Origin: Pseudogymnoascus verrucosus | Taxonomy: Eukaryota | Assembly: GCA_001662655.1 (NCBI GenBank) | Contig: KV460215.1 | Strand: one strand, 5' to 3' | DNA length: 64,000 nt | Shown: piece by piece, positions 25,357-38,309 of the stretch | How positions within the stretch are numbered: the first letter of the stretch is position 1 | Layout: each line of letters begins with the position of its first letter | Program-made: the position numbers and the translations under genes | Notes under the pieces: generated by a model | The model's database searches: none | Told to the model about the DNA's origin: nothing | What the model saw: the letters and a program-made list of their open reading frames with translations, nothing else

Positions 25357-27196
25357 ACGTATTTCACGGGCGAGTCGCCCACACGGGCGAGTCGCCCACC
25401 AGAACACCAAAACACGTCTATTACTACTACTACTACACCATCACCCTACATAATGACCCTTATTCAATTGAAATTGATTCCTAGCGCCTCTCGCACGTAC
25501 GGGAATTATGTCCGATCTTCTCACATCGGCTACAGCGCTTCTGTCGGCCCTTAGAACCCACCTGCCGACTACTCTCACTTACCACCTCCGTACGGATTTG
25601 AGCATCAACCTCAGTAGTATGAAGGATATCCTCTCCCTCCCGTACGGAGAGGCTTCCCCCTTGCATTATACGTCTCTTACGCTTCCTTTCCCTCCTCTTT
25701 TTCTGTTCATTTGCTGCTTGTAGAGCCTTAACTTCTGCCTTAAGTAGAGTAGCAGAATGCATCATAACCTGAGCTCCTTTAGCAAGCCGGCTTAGTGCGT
25801 TAGTAATTGAGCTAGGAGAGCTATTCTGATGCTGTATAATGCGGTTCCTAACGTGCTCTGTTTGAAAGTCAAGCTCCCTTATAGTTTGAGGAGTCTTTGA
25901 AGTCCAATTGTTACTCTCAACTATAGGAGGAGTTGGAGTCCTCAAGTGTAGATTCAAGTAAGAGAGGACATTCTGTGGCTCGTACGGAACTAGTCCTATA
26001 GCTCGGAACCCGCTCTTAATGTTCTGCTCTGTAAATGCAGCTTTAAATGCTTCTTTAAATGCAGAGAGAAACTCAAGCTTTGTAATATGATTTAGGCTGT
26101 TCCGTACAAAGCTTTCAATCTGACGTCTGTACGAAAGCTTTAGTGGAGCAAAGCAGCTAACATCAAGTGGCTGAAGAATGTGCGAGGAGTGTGGTGGCAT
26201 ACAGAGGGTGATTATCTTCCGTTCTGTACAGTAGTGTTGGAATTGAGCTGAGAGGTGGCTCTCATGCCCATCGAGAATAAGAAGGCGATAGGTTCCGACT
26301 GTACGAGCATTTGTATGCCGATCGAAGTGTTGAATCCACTTGTACCCAATTGAATTTGAAGTCCACCCATTCTCACTTAGCGTAATCACCTAATCGTCTG
26401 GCAATCCTAAGTCCTCGTACCAAGCAGAGAGGTGATTCTGTGCCTTAAAAATGATAAACGGCGGGAGTGCCCATCCGTACGAATTGACACCTTGGATAAT
26501 TGACACCTACTCTCTATTCCCTAGCTGTATAGTCTTCGGACGGCTCTTTACTTCTAAGCTTGTGACTACCTTTGCAGTAGCAATAACTCCCATTGCAAAA
26601 CCTGCTTCATTAAAGTTGTAGATGTCCTGCTCTAAGATGCCGTATTTTGCAACTGTGTTTCGTACGAGAGAAAACCACTCTTGAATTATCTTAGGATCTT
26701 CGCATTTTGCTCGTTTGTAATCGTACCTCCGACTAAACTTTGATTTAATTTCCGTACGACGCTTTATAAAGCTAGTAGCCTAGTTTATCCCAACAGGGCT
26801 CTCGCCTCGTTCGGAGAGTAGAAGGTCTGCCATTTCTTGCACAGCTTGTGGCCGGGGTGGAAACCCACGTGAATCTAGGTCGAGGATGTATTGAACAAGA
26901 GCTGACTCTTCGTACGGAGTCAATTTTCGTGAGTTAGGGGTAGAATCGCGTCGAGAAGTCATGCCGTGAATCCGATCGCGTAAGGTTGTTCGGGGGATAT
27001 CGTACGATGCTGCAGCTGCTCGAACGCTTTGAAATTGGCCTTGCTTAATTGCATGGATAGCTAATAGTATTCTACCCTCTTGATTAGAGGATTGGGCTTG
27101 TGTTGGTTGTGGCATTGTTAACTATAGATGGGTTGACGCGTTTTGGTGTTCTGGTGGGCGACTCGCCCGTGTGGGCGACTCGCCCGTGAAATACGT
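25357..27196 (-). mobile_element. pogo/Fot1-like Tc1-mariner DNA transposon (element A), RIP-inactivated
   Basis: 62-bp TIRs (25357-25418 and 27135-27196) beginning ACGTATTTCAC, TA target duplications, 1840 bp long. Confidence 0.96.
25481..27115 (-). pseudogene. DDE transposase of element A (HTH, CENP-B-like, DDE_1, CCHC knuckle)
   Basis: LILDGHESH, SSHILQPLDV and CSRCEKIGHNSRTC motifs. In-frame TAG at conserved Trp positions 26780-82, 26507-09 and 26390-92. Confidence 0.93.
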
Positions 27197-27284
27197 TAGT
27201 TTAGTTTATAAATATTTGTTACGATCCTCACTTCATACTCAAAACCTCACCGAAGGCGTCGCATCATCCAATCCAAACCACCCT

Positions 27285-27357
27285 GCCTGGGTAGCTCAAT
27301 CGGTAGAGCGTGTGACTCTTAATCTCAAGGTCGCGGGTTCGAGCCCCGCCTCGGGCT
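27285..27357 (+). tRNA. tRNA-Lys(CTT), intronless (copy 4)
   Basis: Same 73-mer and essentially the same trailer as copies 1 and 2. Confidence 0.92.
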
Positions 27358-27586
27358 CAAATCCCGAGTTTCTCTACAAGATTCTCTCATTATCTTTTTG
27401 CACTTTTTGAGTGGCCGAAGAGTGGATCAACTCCACCGTAGAAGCTCCCGGTGGCAAAGCGCCTCTCATACCTATACAGGAAACCAAAAACAACGACAAT
27501 GCTTCTTCTTCTAATCTAGAGTCTAAATGCAAGCATGAATCCCCCCCTCCCCCCCCTTCACAACACCCTGGGGTCTGAAAAAACCG

Positions 27587-30500
27587 CTAGATCTTGCTCA
27601 GCTTCTCAGTACAGCTTTGTAATACCCTCTTCACCCCTAGCGCGCGCTCATTCGCAGAGGCCTCACGGAGCTGCTTCCCAAAGTCCTCACTCAACCCGAC
27701 CCTCCCTGCCTGATCCTCCCCAAACACGCCCGCCACAACTGCATCAATTACTGCTTCTGCAGCCTCCGCGCGTTTCGTCCTCGCCACCTCGCTCCCTACA
27801 CCGGACGGCACTTCCAGTAACGAAAAATAGCCCGCTGCAAGGGCATAGTTGTCTCCAGGTTGCGGTGTACCTTTAGCTAGGGCGGCGAACTTGAGTTTGG
27901 AGCGCTCATAGAGGGCCACACGTGCGTTTATGCTTGATTTCTGGCTTGCAAAGACTGCGTTCATTCGCTCGAGCAGTTGAGGGAGATGTGTGAGTGGGTT
28001 CTCTACAACCCCTGGCTCGGTGTTCACAGCGCGTATTAAGGCGGAGACACCGTTGGTGATTGTGAGCGTATCTAACGAGCTGGCTTTCTTGTCGTCCTTG
28101 TCGTCAACGTCCATTTTATCGTCGCTAATAGCCTCTTCGAGCCATGGCCAAATGACATTGTGCACCTCGGTGAAGAGGTCCGTGTCTGTTCTCGCCTCGG
28201 CGTATTCGCCCAGAGCAAGGAAAGCATGAGGGCGATATGCATCGTTATTTCGTTTCGCTTCGCGGATTGCAATCTTCGTCATTTGCGCGGTGATTTTTGG
28301 ATCCTTCGACCAAAATGTCTTGCTGGCCTGTGAAAATTTGACAAAACTAGTCAAGACCTTCTCCTTGCCATCGAAGGTTTTAACAGCAAGGGCCCTTTCG
28401 AGCGCCGGCCATATAGCCGTGGAGTGTGGGATGCTGATATCTGTGCCCGCAGAGGTTACGACATCTGCTATAGTAACAGCGGCTGTATGCTTCACTGTCC
28501 ATTTAGGAGAATCGAGACGCTCGACTGCGATGTCGATAATCTCCTTCAGATATAGAAGGACAGCGCGAGAACCGCCGACATTCTCATCCCAAGTTTTAGT
28601 AAACTGATCTCTAACATGCTCGTCAAAGTCATGCTTAGCCATGAAAACAAAGGGCAGGAACTCAGTTGCGAGTGCATTGAACCGGTCTGTCGCAAATTTA
28701 GACATTGCGTATATGATGTCTGCAGATACCTGCCGGTGAGACTCGTCTTCGGCTGCGAAATATAAATTCTTTGAATAAGTTGCGAGTTTGAGAATTTGCT
28801 GATTCGAACCAAGCCGGGCTAGGTAGCCTGCAGCTCGGGCATATGCTGCGCTGACAGTGGAATTCCGATCGCGGACGGCCTTTTCCATATCCTTCAAAAA
28901 GATATCTGCGTGGGGCTTAAATAAGAAAGAATGTCTGGTCGCAAGACTAACGAGTACACCACTGCATCCAACTTTTGAAGGCATACCAACAGCTGTCTTG
29001 ATGACGTTTTCCAGATGGGGCACCAGATCTTTCATTGTCTTATCGTCTAGAAGATCTAAGCATCGTTCGATGGCTTCCATCATTGGTGAATGCGAAATAG
29101 CAGTACTGCGGGCTTCATCAATCTTCTCTTGCGTGGTATCGTACTTTGCAGCGTTCATGTGAAGATAATTGATGATATCTGGCTCCAGTGTGCTCAAAAG
29201 GCCCAATATTTGTTCGATGAGACTAGGAATAAATGGCAGTAGTGTTTTTCCACCGCTCTTTACAAGCTTCAGAACGGTATCGTATGCGAATTTCTGAACC
29301 TCATTTGACGGGCTTTCGAGACCCCGCGTCGAGAATAGGAAGGGCATGACCTCTTTCAGCATAACCTGAGCATTTTTGGAGGATGTACCAGCTTCAAGCT
29401 GTCGTACGAGAATCCCAGTGAGGACTTGGCACAACTTCTCAGCCGCCTTTCTGACAGATCCTTTGATATCATCGAGAACCTTGAAAGCAACTTCCCAGAT
29501 TTGAGCCAGGTATTTCTCGTACTTTTCAAACTGCCGTCCTTGAACTAGGTCCGCAATAGCCGCGCAACTTGCTTCTCTCGTACGCCATTCTTTACCCAGG
29601 ATGTTCTTTAGTAGGTCATCCATGATTGCATCAAAGTGCTCGTCGATGACAGCCGTGGGTGATTTGACGAGGGCATTCCAGATGTCGTTCATAGATCTCT
29701 GTACGTTCGGGTTTGGATCAAAGCGGTATCTAAATAGCTTAGGGTACAGCTTTGGATCAACTGCAGACTCGGACAAGATACTGCTGAGACCAAATCTTCC
29801 AAAGGCAGCTCTTGTTGACCACGTTGCAGCATTAGAAGCCAAAGACATGAACTTGTAAACGAGACTCTGGTCTCCAACTTCCGCAGCAAGTGACATAATA
29901 TCTTTATAAGACGTGACAGATTCGCCATTGCCGGTTGGAAGGGCACCGGGTTCGAAAAGTTCAGTGTCTTCCTCGACTTTAATTTTTGTTGAAGTTCCGG
30001 TAAATGATGCCACCAAATCTGCAACGAGACGCTCTCGGAGGTCCTTATCACCTTGTTCATACACAAGACTCAGCCCCCGTGATGCAGTTTCTTGGACGAG
30101 GTCATCTCGTGCTGATAATAGGCCCATAAATGCTGCTTGGCACTCTCGTAGTCGGCTTTGAATCTCTTGGAGGTGTCCACAGTATTGGATTAAAGAAAAG
30201 AGCCAAATTCCAGAGGCTTTTTTCAACGAGGGTTTGGTGTTTTTGCAATCTTTCAAGATTTTGCTGACTACACCCTCCAGTGTTGATGATCTTGTTGGGC
30301 CCTTGTAGTTTGCTTCGACGTCCAAAGTAAGAATCAAAGAGTCGGACTCCCATCCCGTTGAAGCCACTGCCAACGCCTCGCCGACTGTGAAATGAACTTC
30401 GGCTTGTCTCAGCTCATGCAGTTCATACAAACCCTTTAGTATTATAGCGAGTGGTGACTCTGGAGTCTCAAGAGTCTCCTCATCAAAGATCAGGGTAAAT

Positions 30501-33327
30501 CTACCAAGAGCTGAGATCGCCTTCTCATTTCCTTTCTTTGCTTCTGTTGTCAGCACCTTGATGATTGCAACTGCATCATCAGGAGAGGCCTCAAGTCGGG
30601 CTTCAGTTACTAGATCCACGGTGCTAAGGAGGCCAATGGCTATAAACGCAGATTCTTTGTTACTGGCGTCAGTTGCATTGCTGGCCATGTTCAGAATCAG
30701 CGTGACAGCTTCATCTATCAGTGCTACTTCAACATCGGCAATGCGTCCATAGAAGACGGCGCGACTCAGAAGGTACGAGACGGCAATTGTTGAACCGTGA
30801 ACCTTATTTGCTCCTGCTCCAACTGCCGAATCCCAAAGCTTAACAGACTGAATAAGTGCTTGTAATATTTTGTTCAGTTGATCTGCTTCACTCGACGGAT
30901 GGGCTCCAAGCATGCCCAGAGACTGAGCCGCAGTCTGCCTTGTTGCAACGTCGTTGGAAGCGATGGCTGGTAATAACTCAGAGGCTCGAGTGGCGAGTTC
31001 GGATAGACATGCCTGGGGCGCTAATGCTCCCAGTTCAACAAGTGATTTTCCGCAGTCTTCGAGCCCTTTACCATGCTTCCATAGCATTCCTTCAAATGCC
31101 GCAGTAAAAAAGATGCTCAAGTCCTCATGGCTTATAGTTTTCATATGATCTTTGACTAATTGTCGCGACGACTTATCTGTTCGGAGTAGCACATTGAGCT
31201 GGCGTTCCCAATCTGCCTCGCTGCCAATATCCTTCCCTTGCTGCGTCGCTGCTATTAGAAGCATTCGGCGGCAGTAAGCAACAGCATGATGGAAGGCGTT
31301 TATTCTATTCCCTGAGAAGTTACCGAAGACGGAGACGCTGTCGATATCCATGCCGGTGAGCATGGTGTTGGCGATATGGGAGTTTTCCATGAGAGTTTTC
31401 CCGGTAAAGAATACTCTGACAAGCTCGCCCCAATTCGGAAGAACGAGGTCATTCGTTCCTTCTGATAGATTGAGCAGACGGTACCAATATGGATCCTGAA
31501 TTGAATTAGTTATTTTAAATTCAATTCTGGACAGGGGAAGAAATCGAGTTACTCACCAAGCCTTTATTACCCTCTTCAAGCACGTCGCTTCTTTCCTCCG
31601 CGGGGCTTCCCAGAGCGAGAATATCTACCCATCTCCCCACAACATCGCTATACTCAAGGCAGCGATTTGCCCAGCGTACGGTCACAAACTTAGCGCTGCG
31701 TACGATAGTGTCATCTTTCTCTTGTAACATATAAGAAAGCAACAGTGACCGAAGTTCGTCTCGCAATGAAGAGTCCAATGGACCAGAAAATGCATTTAAC
31801 AGACTTGCCAATGCCCCTTCAATGCTAATGAAAATGCTTTCAGACGACCTTTCTTCAGTCAGAGACCGAAACAGCCAACGAATGAGATCAAGGCCAGGTT
31901 CAAGGACAGTTGATGGTACTGTCTTTGCCATTGAGCCAAGGGTCTCATATGCCAATGCTCGAAGAGCCAGTTCATCAGTAGACCGACTGTTGGGCACTGG
32001 CCAACCTTGCTCTTCAATGAAAGAACGGAGGAAGGTTATGATAGAAGGAGCGGCACGCTTTAAGTCATCCGGTGAACCCATTCTAGAAACCCAATTCATG
32101 AAGTTGAACATTGCGTTCCGCAATTTCAAGGCTTCCAGTCCTTGCACAGGAGGAGCATCAGGCATGGCCGGTTGTATGCTTCCCTGAACAATTCGGACAA
32201 TCTTATCTGGATATGTTGTTGACGCAGTAGATTTTGCCATCAACGTGAGAATACGTGTCTGAAGTGGCGGCTTCGAAGACATATATATATCGAAAAGCTT
32301 GCTAATTACAGACTTATCTTCTAATGACACTGTGCTTCGTTTAAGTAAATCTTCTCCGAAACTAGAAATCCGTGAGTTGGTGTCCGCAGCTGCAAATATT
32401 GCTGGGATAAAACGTTCTGGGTCTTTGAATGCTCCGCTAGTCAGAAACTTAAGAGCCGTTATTTTGGTCTCCGTTACGTTGAGACCTTCTTGGGCTTTTG
32501 GATTCCAAGTATCCTCTTTTCCATTCTGAGTGAGAAATGCATAGTCATCAGCGGATAGACCAGTACTGGCAATGCTTCCTCCACCAGAGCCTGCAAGGGA
32601 TTTGGCTGGATTGAATAAAACAAGCTTTCCAAACCAAGAAGCAACGAACTCCGCATCTTCTGGATGTTCGTCAAGGCCTAGCTTGGTACGAAGTTCGTCA
32701 TCTTCCTTGCTCCCTCTTACCGGTAGCCTCATCTGTGGCAACAGGCGTAAGAAGAGATTAAAAACTGTGGTACAAGTAGGCTTGCCGGCATCTTTGGCGA
32801 TCCCGTGCAGCAGGATTGGCAGTAGATCAATTTGTTCCTACTGCTGTCAGTTAAATCTTAAGGGCCTGTAAAGACGACGGACAGTTGAGGAAAGCTTGCC
32901 AATACTCTGCTGAATGAAGAGTAAGTCAAAGTGCCGTATCATGGACGACTCCGGGTTGTCTTTATACTGCTGCAGCAGCGCTGCAACTGGCAGGACAACA
33001 TTTCTGCGTGCTGTTAGCTATGAGTATAGTAACCCCGCCGCCACAGACAAACTCACTGGTTTCCCGAGAGTCTAATTTTTATATGCTGACAAGTTGCAAT
33101 AACCTACACAGGTCAATAAGTGGACACCAGATGGAAAATATTAATAAGCCAAAATACATTACCTTGTTTCGTACTGCTTGGTGTTCACTTCCAAGCTTTA
33201 GAAGCACGGGAGGAAGATACACCTTCAGAACCGATTCAAGCTTCTCGTCCTTGGCAAGAGCTATCCTCATCTCAACTTTACCAACGAGCTCCAGCTCGCG
33301 GGCTTCGGATGGGGCGGACGATGCCAT
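27587..33327 (-). CDS. ECM29: Proteasome adaptor/scaffold, HEAT-repeat protein (multi-exon)
   Basis: N-terminal RELELVGKVEMRIALA..YLPPVLLKL; KLYPKLFRYRFDPN, WRTREASCAAIADL and VQETASRGLSLVYE. Confidence 0.95.
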
Positions 33328-34032
33328 TATGCCTCGCTCCCCACTGCTCGGATACGGCAATGATTATAAAGACACGCGCTGAACTCAAAAAACCATCGCT
33401 TCAGGGGAAGCAATCGAAAGTGTAAGATGGAGGAGTAAAGTGAAATAAGGAATGAGAGAACTACTCTCCGTATAATGTAGTTTGAAGGAGACTCGTAACT
33501 CTAGGTCTGCCTTAATCCTTCTTCGCCACAAGCCTATTCCTATCTCGTAGTCGGCGAACGAGCAGGCAGTTATGGTGATGTGTGTACTTAAGACGTGACA
33601 CCGGGTATATTATAATCCGACCCGACGTCACCGGAGGGCTTATCCAGGAACTTCCAAAGCCCACCACGTCGGTGGCCAGGTCCGTTGGCTATTGCATCAC
33701 CTTACGTTAGCTATCATCGACGGCGAAAAAGGATTCACATTTTTCTCCCAATCTCTACTTTACCTCCCCAGGGTCCGCAAATTCATTCGGACACAGCAAG
33801 TCTGGAAAGTTCATAGTTTCGACCAAATACCAGTTTTCGGCGGGGCAAGGCACCTTGGAACTATCTGCACTTAGCACGATAGCCCGCCACTACAAACGAA
33901 CCATAAATCCACACAACCTCACCCCGCTACGTTTGTCAACAACACCACGTCCTTTCATCCCTTCCATCGACGAGGAATATAATCTTCTTTGACTCAACTC
34001 CAACCCGAGAATTTCATCGCTCGGTAGGCGTC

Positions 34033-35754
34033 ATGGACGACGCAGTGGGGGATTTCTGCGCCATCACTGGCGCAACTCCCCAGGTTGCACGACACTTCCT
34101 GAACCTTTCCGATAGCAACCCAAACCAAGCAATACAACTGTTCTTCGACTCACCCGAGCTGGCATCTGCCGCGAACGAGGAATCTCAACAAATACCAGCT
34201 GCTCCAGCTGCATCCAGTCGCCCTCCAGCGAGGAGTACTTCGGGGGGTCGCGAAGACGAACATGGAGTCGTCCACCTAGACTCAGACAGCGACGACAACG
34301 TAATGGACGAAACCGATGATGATTTTGTGGAAACATCGCATACACCGCCGGCTCCAGCTCCATCGACCGCTCCACAAAACTCTGCATACGAAGACGACGA
34401 AGCTATGGCACGAAGGCTCCAAGAAGAGATGTACGCGGGGGGCGATATGGGTGGAGACTTTGACGCAGATGGCGTGAGAGCTCCTCTCGCAAGAACAACC
34501 GAGACACTGGTCGGACCAGGTGCGGACTGGGGCCCAGAAGATACGCAGAGCAACGCCCTCCAGCAGCTGCGTCAGAGGGCGGCCATGGCGAGACCAAGTA
34601 AGTCGATTCGTGAAGGGACAAGGGCTATTTCATTTCACTAATCCCATCCAGGAGGGAGGGCCAGCGTTTTCAACCAATACGCATCTTCATCTTCGATATG
34701 GGAAAATGCCGATGCTGGACCTGCAGCGCATAGAGAAGGTCTGGCGGCTGCCACGGGGGGTCAATCAGAGACATCTACGAAAGCTGCTAGACTTGCAGAA
34801 CTCTTCCGACCTCCATTCGAGCTAATCTCACGCCTTTCTTGGGATGATGCCCGCGATCTGGGAAAAGAGGAGGAGAAGTGGATTTTAGTCAATATCCAGG
34901 ACTCCGCCGTTTTCGATTGCCAAGCCCTTAATCGCGACATCTGGAAGCACGAGGGAATCAAAGAGACTGTCAAAGAGAACTTCATCTTCATGCAGTACTC
35001 CAAGGATGACCCAGCTGGACAGCAATACATCCAATACTACTTCCAGCAATATGAGGACCAAAATGCGTACCCACACATCGCCATTGTCGACCCTCGTACG
35101 GGCGAGCAGCTGAAGGTCTGGTCTGGCCCACCAGCTCCCAAGTCCATGGATTTCCTAATGCAACTCCACGAGTTCCTTGATCGCTACAGCTTGGACGTCA
35201 CCGTCAAGAACCCAGTCGCCAGGCGAAAGGCCGAGAAACCTCCATCCATGGAAGTCGAAAAACTCACCGAACAACAAATGATGGATCTCGCACTCCAGAA
35301 CAGCCTGTCGAATGGCGCTGACACCGAAAGGAAGCACCATGATCCCGATGATCTGACCAAAAGCATCGGTGACATCAGCAAGGGCAAAGGAAAAGAGGAG
35401 GAAGAGCCAGAAGCCCAAGATGAGGAAATGGAAGACGTCAACGAAGAGGTTAACCCTGCATTTGCGAGCATACCATCTGATCAGCCTCATACGGAACCTA
35501 CCCCTGACCCAGTCACCACAACGCGCATCCAGTTCAAGCACTCCGGCGGCCGCGTCGTGCGCCGCTTCAACGTCGCGGATCCCGTGCGGAGGATCTACGA
35601 ATGGCTGAAGTCCGATCCTATTGATGGCAAGATCGGCGTCGCGTTTGAGCTCAAGAAGAGCATGGGTGGCGACCTCATTGAGATCCTGGACCAGCCGATC
35701 GCCGATTCGGGACTGAAGAATGGGACGGTTATGGTGGAGTATTTAGAGGGTTAG
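34033..35754 (+). CDS. UBX5: UBX-domain Cdc48 cofactor (UBA-like, UAS, UIM, UBX; Ubx5/UBXN7 type)
   Basis: FCAITGA..AIQLFF, ELFRPPF, FDCQALNRDIW and TTRIQFK..RVVRRF. Intron 34598-34651. Confidence 0.9.
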
Positions 35755-36134
35755 TGAGGTGTGGGGGTTGGGTTAGATGAGATAAGGGCATTTGCATCGG
35801 GCTTTATGAATGGATGGATGGATGGGTGTGATAGGGGGCGTTTGGCTTGAGAGGTAATGATCACGGTCTAGATCTAGAATGGAGGAGAGAGAGAGGAGTG
35901 AGGTAGCTCATGTCATAGAATGGAGACGGTGGTGGCCACATCTGGACCACGCCTGGCTCGTAACAGAGAAGAGAGTAGCTAGCAGCCGCCGATCTTTTGA
36001 GGACGCGGATTTCAACAGAATGAGAGGCTCATATAAGCTGGAGCAGAAGTAGTAATATACATCATCTCAAAAATAAACTGCAAACGGCCGTAAATCATAG
36101 TCTAGGGTATAGCAATAGCAAAAGCAAAAACAAG

Positions 36135-36950
36135 TTAACGATGAAACACATGCGCTCCCGGAACCCACGTCTTATCCCTAACACAATACCACGAATCCGT
36201 CTCACTCGTTCCCTCCCCCTGCCCCTGACTCTGATCAATACTCGCATACAGACTCAACCCATGCTTCTCCAGGCACTCCAACAGCCTCAACAGCAACAAC
36301 CTCGTACTCATCGTCTGCTCCCCACTCGCCACCCACGGCCTCCCATGAATCTTAAACTCCCACGCCCCCAACGCCCTATCCTTCCACGCCTCCTCCTGCA
36401 ACAACCTCATCCCCACCAACACCTCCCTCACCGCCGCCTTGAGCATTTCATCCGCCCCAATCAGCCGCAGCCGGTCCGACTGATTAAAACTAATCGCGAT
36501 CCACTCCGCCGGCGGCGGCGGCGCCTGCTGCTGCCGGAACACAATCGTATCCTTATCCAGCTCCTTCTTGCTGCAATCCGTGCTGACGTGGAAGATCCAC
36601 CCCGAGCGGTACAGGTAGGCGAGGATCTCGCGCATGACGATGCGGGAAGGGATGGCGTCGCGGCCTTGGCCTGACCAGGGGTAGCTGCAGAGTTTGAATT
36701 CGTGGGAGGGGCCGTAGGGGGATTCGCGCTGGATGCCGAAGGGGTAGGAGGCCTTGATGGTGGCGCGGATGCCGTCGATGGTTTGGGTGGGGAATTGGAG
36801 GCAGCGGATGCGGTCGCTGCGGTGGAGGGAGAGGCTGGCGAAGGAGGTGCTGAAGGAGGGGGGGGCGGGGGGGTAGGAGGGTGCGGCGGTGTAGGAGGGG
36901 GGTTGTTGCGAGGGGCCGCTGGAGGGTTTTTCGGGAAAGAGGGGGTTCAT
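36135..36950 (-). CDS. Uncharacterised protein built from two copies of a domain of about 110 aa
   Basis: 271-aa ORF with coding-like GC. SLHRSDRIRC..EFKL.SYPW is echoed by SFNQSDRLRL..EFKI.GRPW. Confidence 0.8.
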   Translation of the reverse strand: MNPLFPEKPSSGPSQQPPSYTAAPSYPPAPPSFSTSFASLSLHRSDRIRCLQFPTQTIDGIRATIKASYPFGIQRESPYGPSHEFKLCSYPWSGQGRDAIPSRIVMREILAYLYRSGWIFHVSTDCSKKELDKDTIVFRQQQAPPPPAEWIAISFNQSDRLRLIGADEMLKAAVREVLVGMRLLQEEAWKDRALGAWEFKIHGRPWVASGEQTMSTRLLLLRLLECLEKHGLSLYASIDQSQGQGEGTSETDSWYCVRDKTWVPGAHVFHR

Positions 36951-38309
36951 TTTGAGGAGGGTGTTCTGAGAATTTTTGGTGCCAATAGGCTGCTCACTGA
37001 GCGTAGCTGTGTGTATATCGAGTTCGAGGGATATTGGGCTTGAATCACACCCTGTGGAATGATGAGTGAGTGCGAGAGAACGCAGACGAAGAGCTGATGA
37101 AATAGAGATTCCAAAGAATCAATCCATAACCTACCTATCTATATATATATATAAATAAATTCAGAAGGATCGCTCCTCTAAATCTCTCACTTCGAGGCTG
37201 TGTGGTGCCAAGTATGCAAGGCTGGGGATCTGACAGGAAGGCGCCAGGGCTGAGCCACGGATACGATACCCAAGTTGGCGGTATGTCGCGCTGGCGTGAC
37301 GTACGATCGGCCTCGTTATTTCTGTGCAGGAGAGTGCAGGAGAGTGCAGTAGAGAATGACCTGTACAGTACATAGTCCTGTACATAAATGACTCCTAAGG
37401 TTATATTCTACTTCTATCTAGTTTCTAGTTTCTAGTACTCTACTATTTGGTAAGGTACTATTGGTAAGAATACAGCCGTTATCGCTCATCAGCCTTCCTT
37501 GCATTCCTTCTCCACCAAAGCAACCAAAAAGTAAACAAAACTGCCCTGCCAACAAACCTGGTATATATATTTCCCACAACAACTAAATAAAAAATGCCAA
37601 TCGTGCACTTTTAAACCCATCGATCGCTCAATCCCAGAGGATTTACGGGATTTACAACGATTTACACGATTTACAGTCGTACTCATAAGGCCATCCAATC
37701 GGACTCGCAATACCCCAGAATATCGAAACGCCAAGTGGGAATGCCACGCTTAAGCGTTTCAGCTCCGATGCACCAAAACCCACCACGTTGCGTCAACTTA
37801 CACTTTCATGCCCAGCTAAATCAAACTTGTATACCCATTCATACATACGCCGGGATAGTTTAGTAGATGCCCTGGGTGATTGTTTATGCGAATCTGCAAC
37901 TCATACACTCCTTTACACTCTATTTTTGACTTTTTGTTTTAAGTGGTTCTCCAGCGAATGTGTAGCTCCTTCCTTCCTTGTTCTCTCTGATCGCGGCGGG
38001 ATAAGGCGCGTCTATCTGTCCGCTGCAAGTCTGCCCAAGATCCCAACGGCGACCGACTTTCTTTGAGCTTTGCTATATCGCCCCAGAGAACGATATATTC
38101 CACGACCAATACGCGATTTCGACGCGTCAAGAACGAAAAGAATACCAGCTGCGACTCAGCTTGGGGGAATACAGCGGGAAGCAAGGCGAACCCAGTAACC
38201 CAGCTCCCATTCAGATAAGGAAATCGCTAGAGTTACACAAAAAGCTCCACAACAGGGAATTCTAAATTCCCCAGACACAAAATCGAGAGAAAAACTTTGA
38301 TCTGCAAAG

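Noticed and set aside
27171..27410. 79-aa ORF
   Set aside because: It spans a transposon TIR and a tRNA gene, so it is spurious.
27450..27458. Perfect PACE motif GGTGGCAAA
   Set aside because: It lies downstream of the ECM29 stop, not in a promoter; probably chance.
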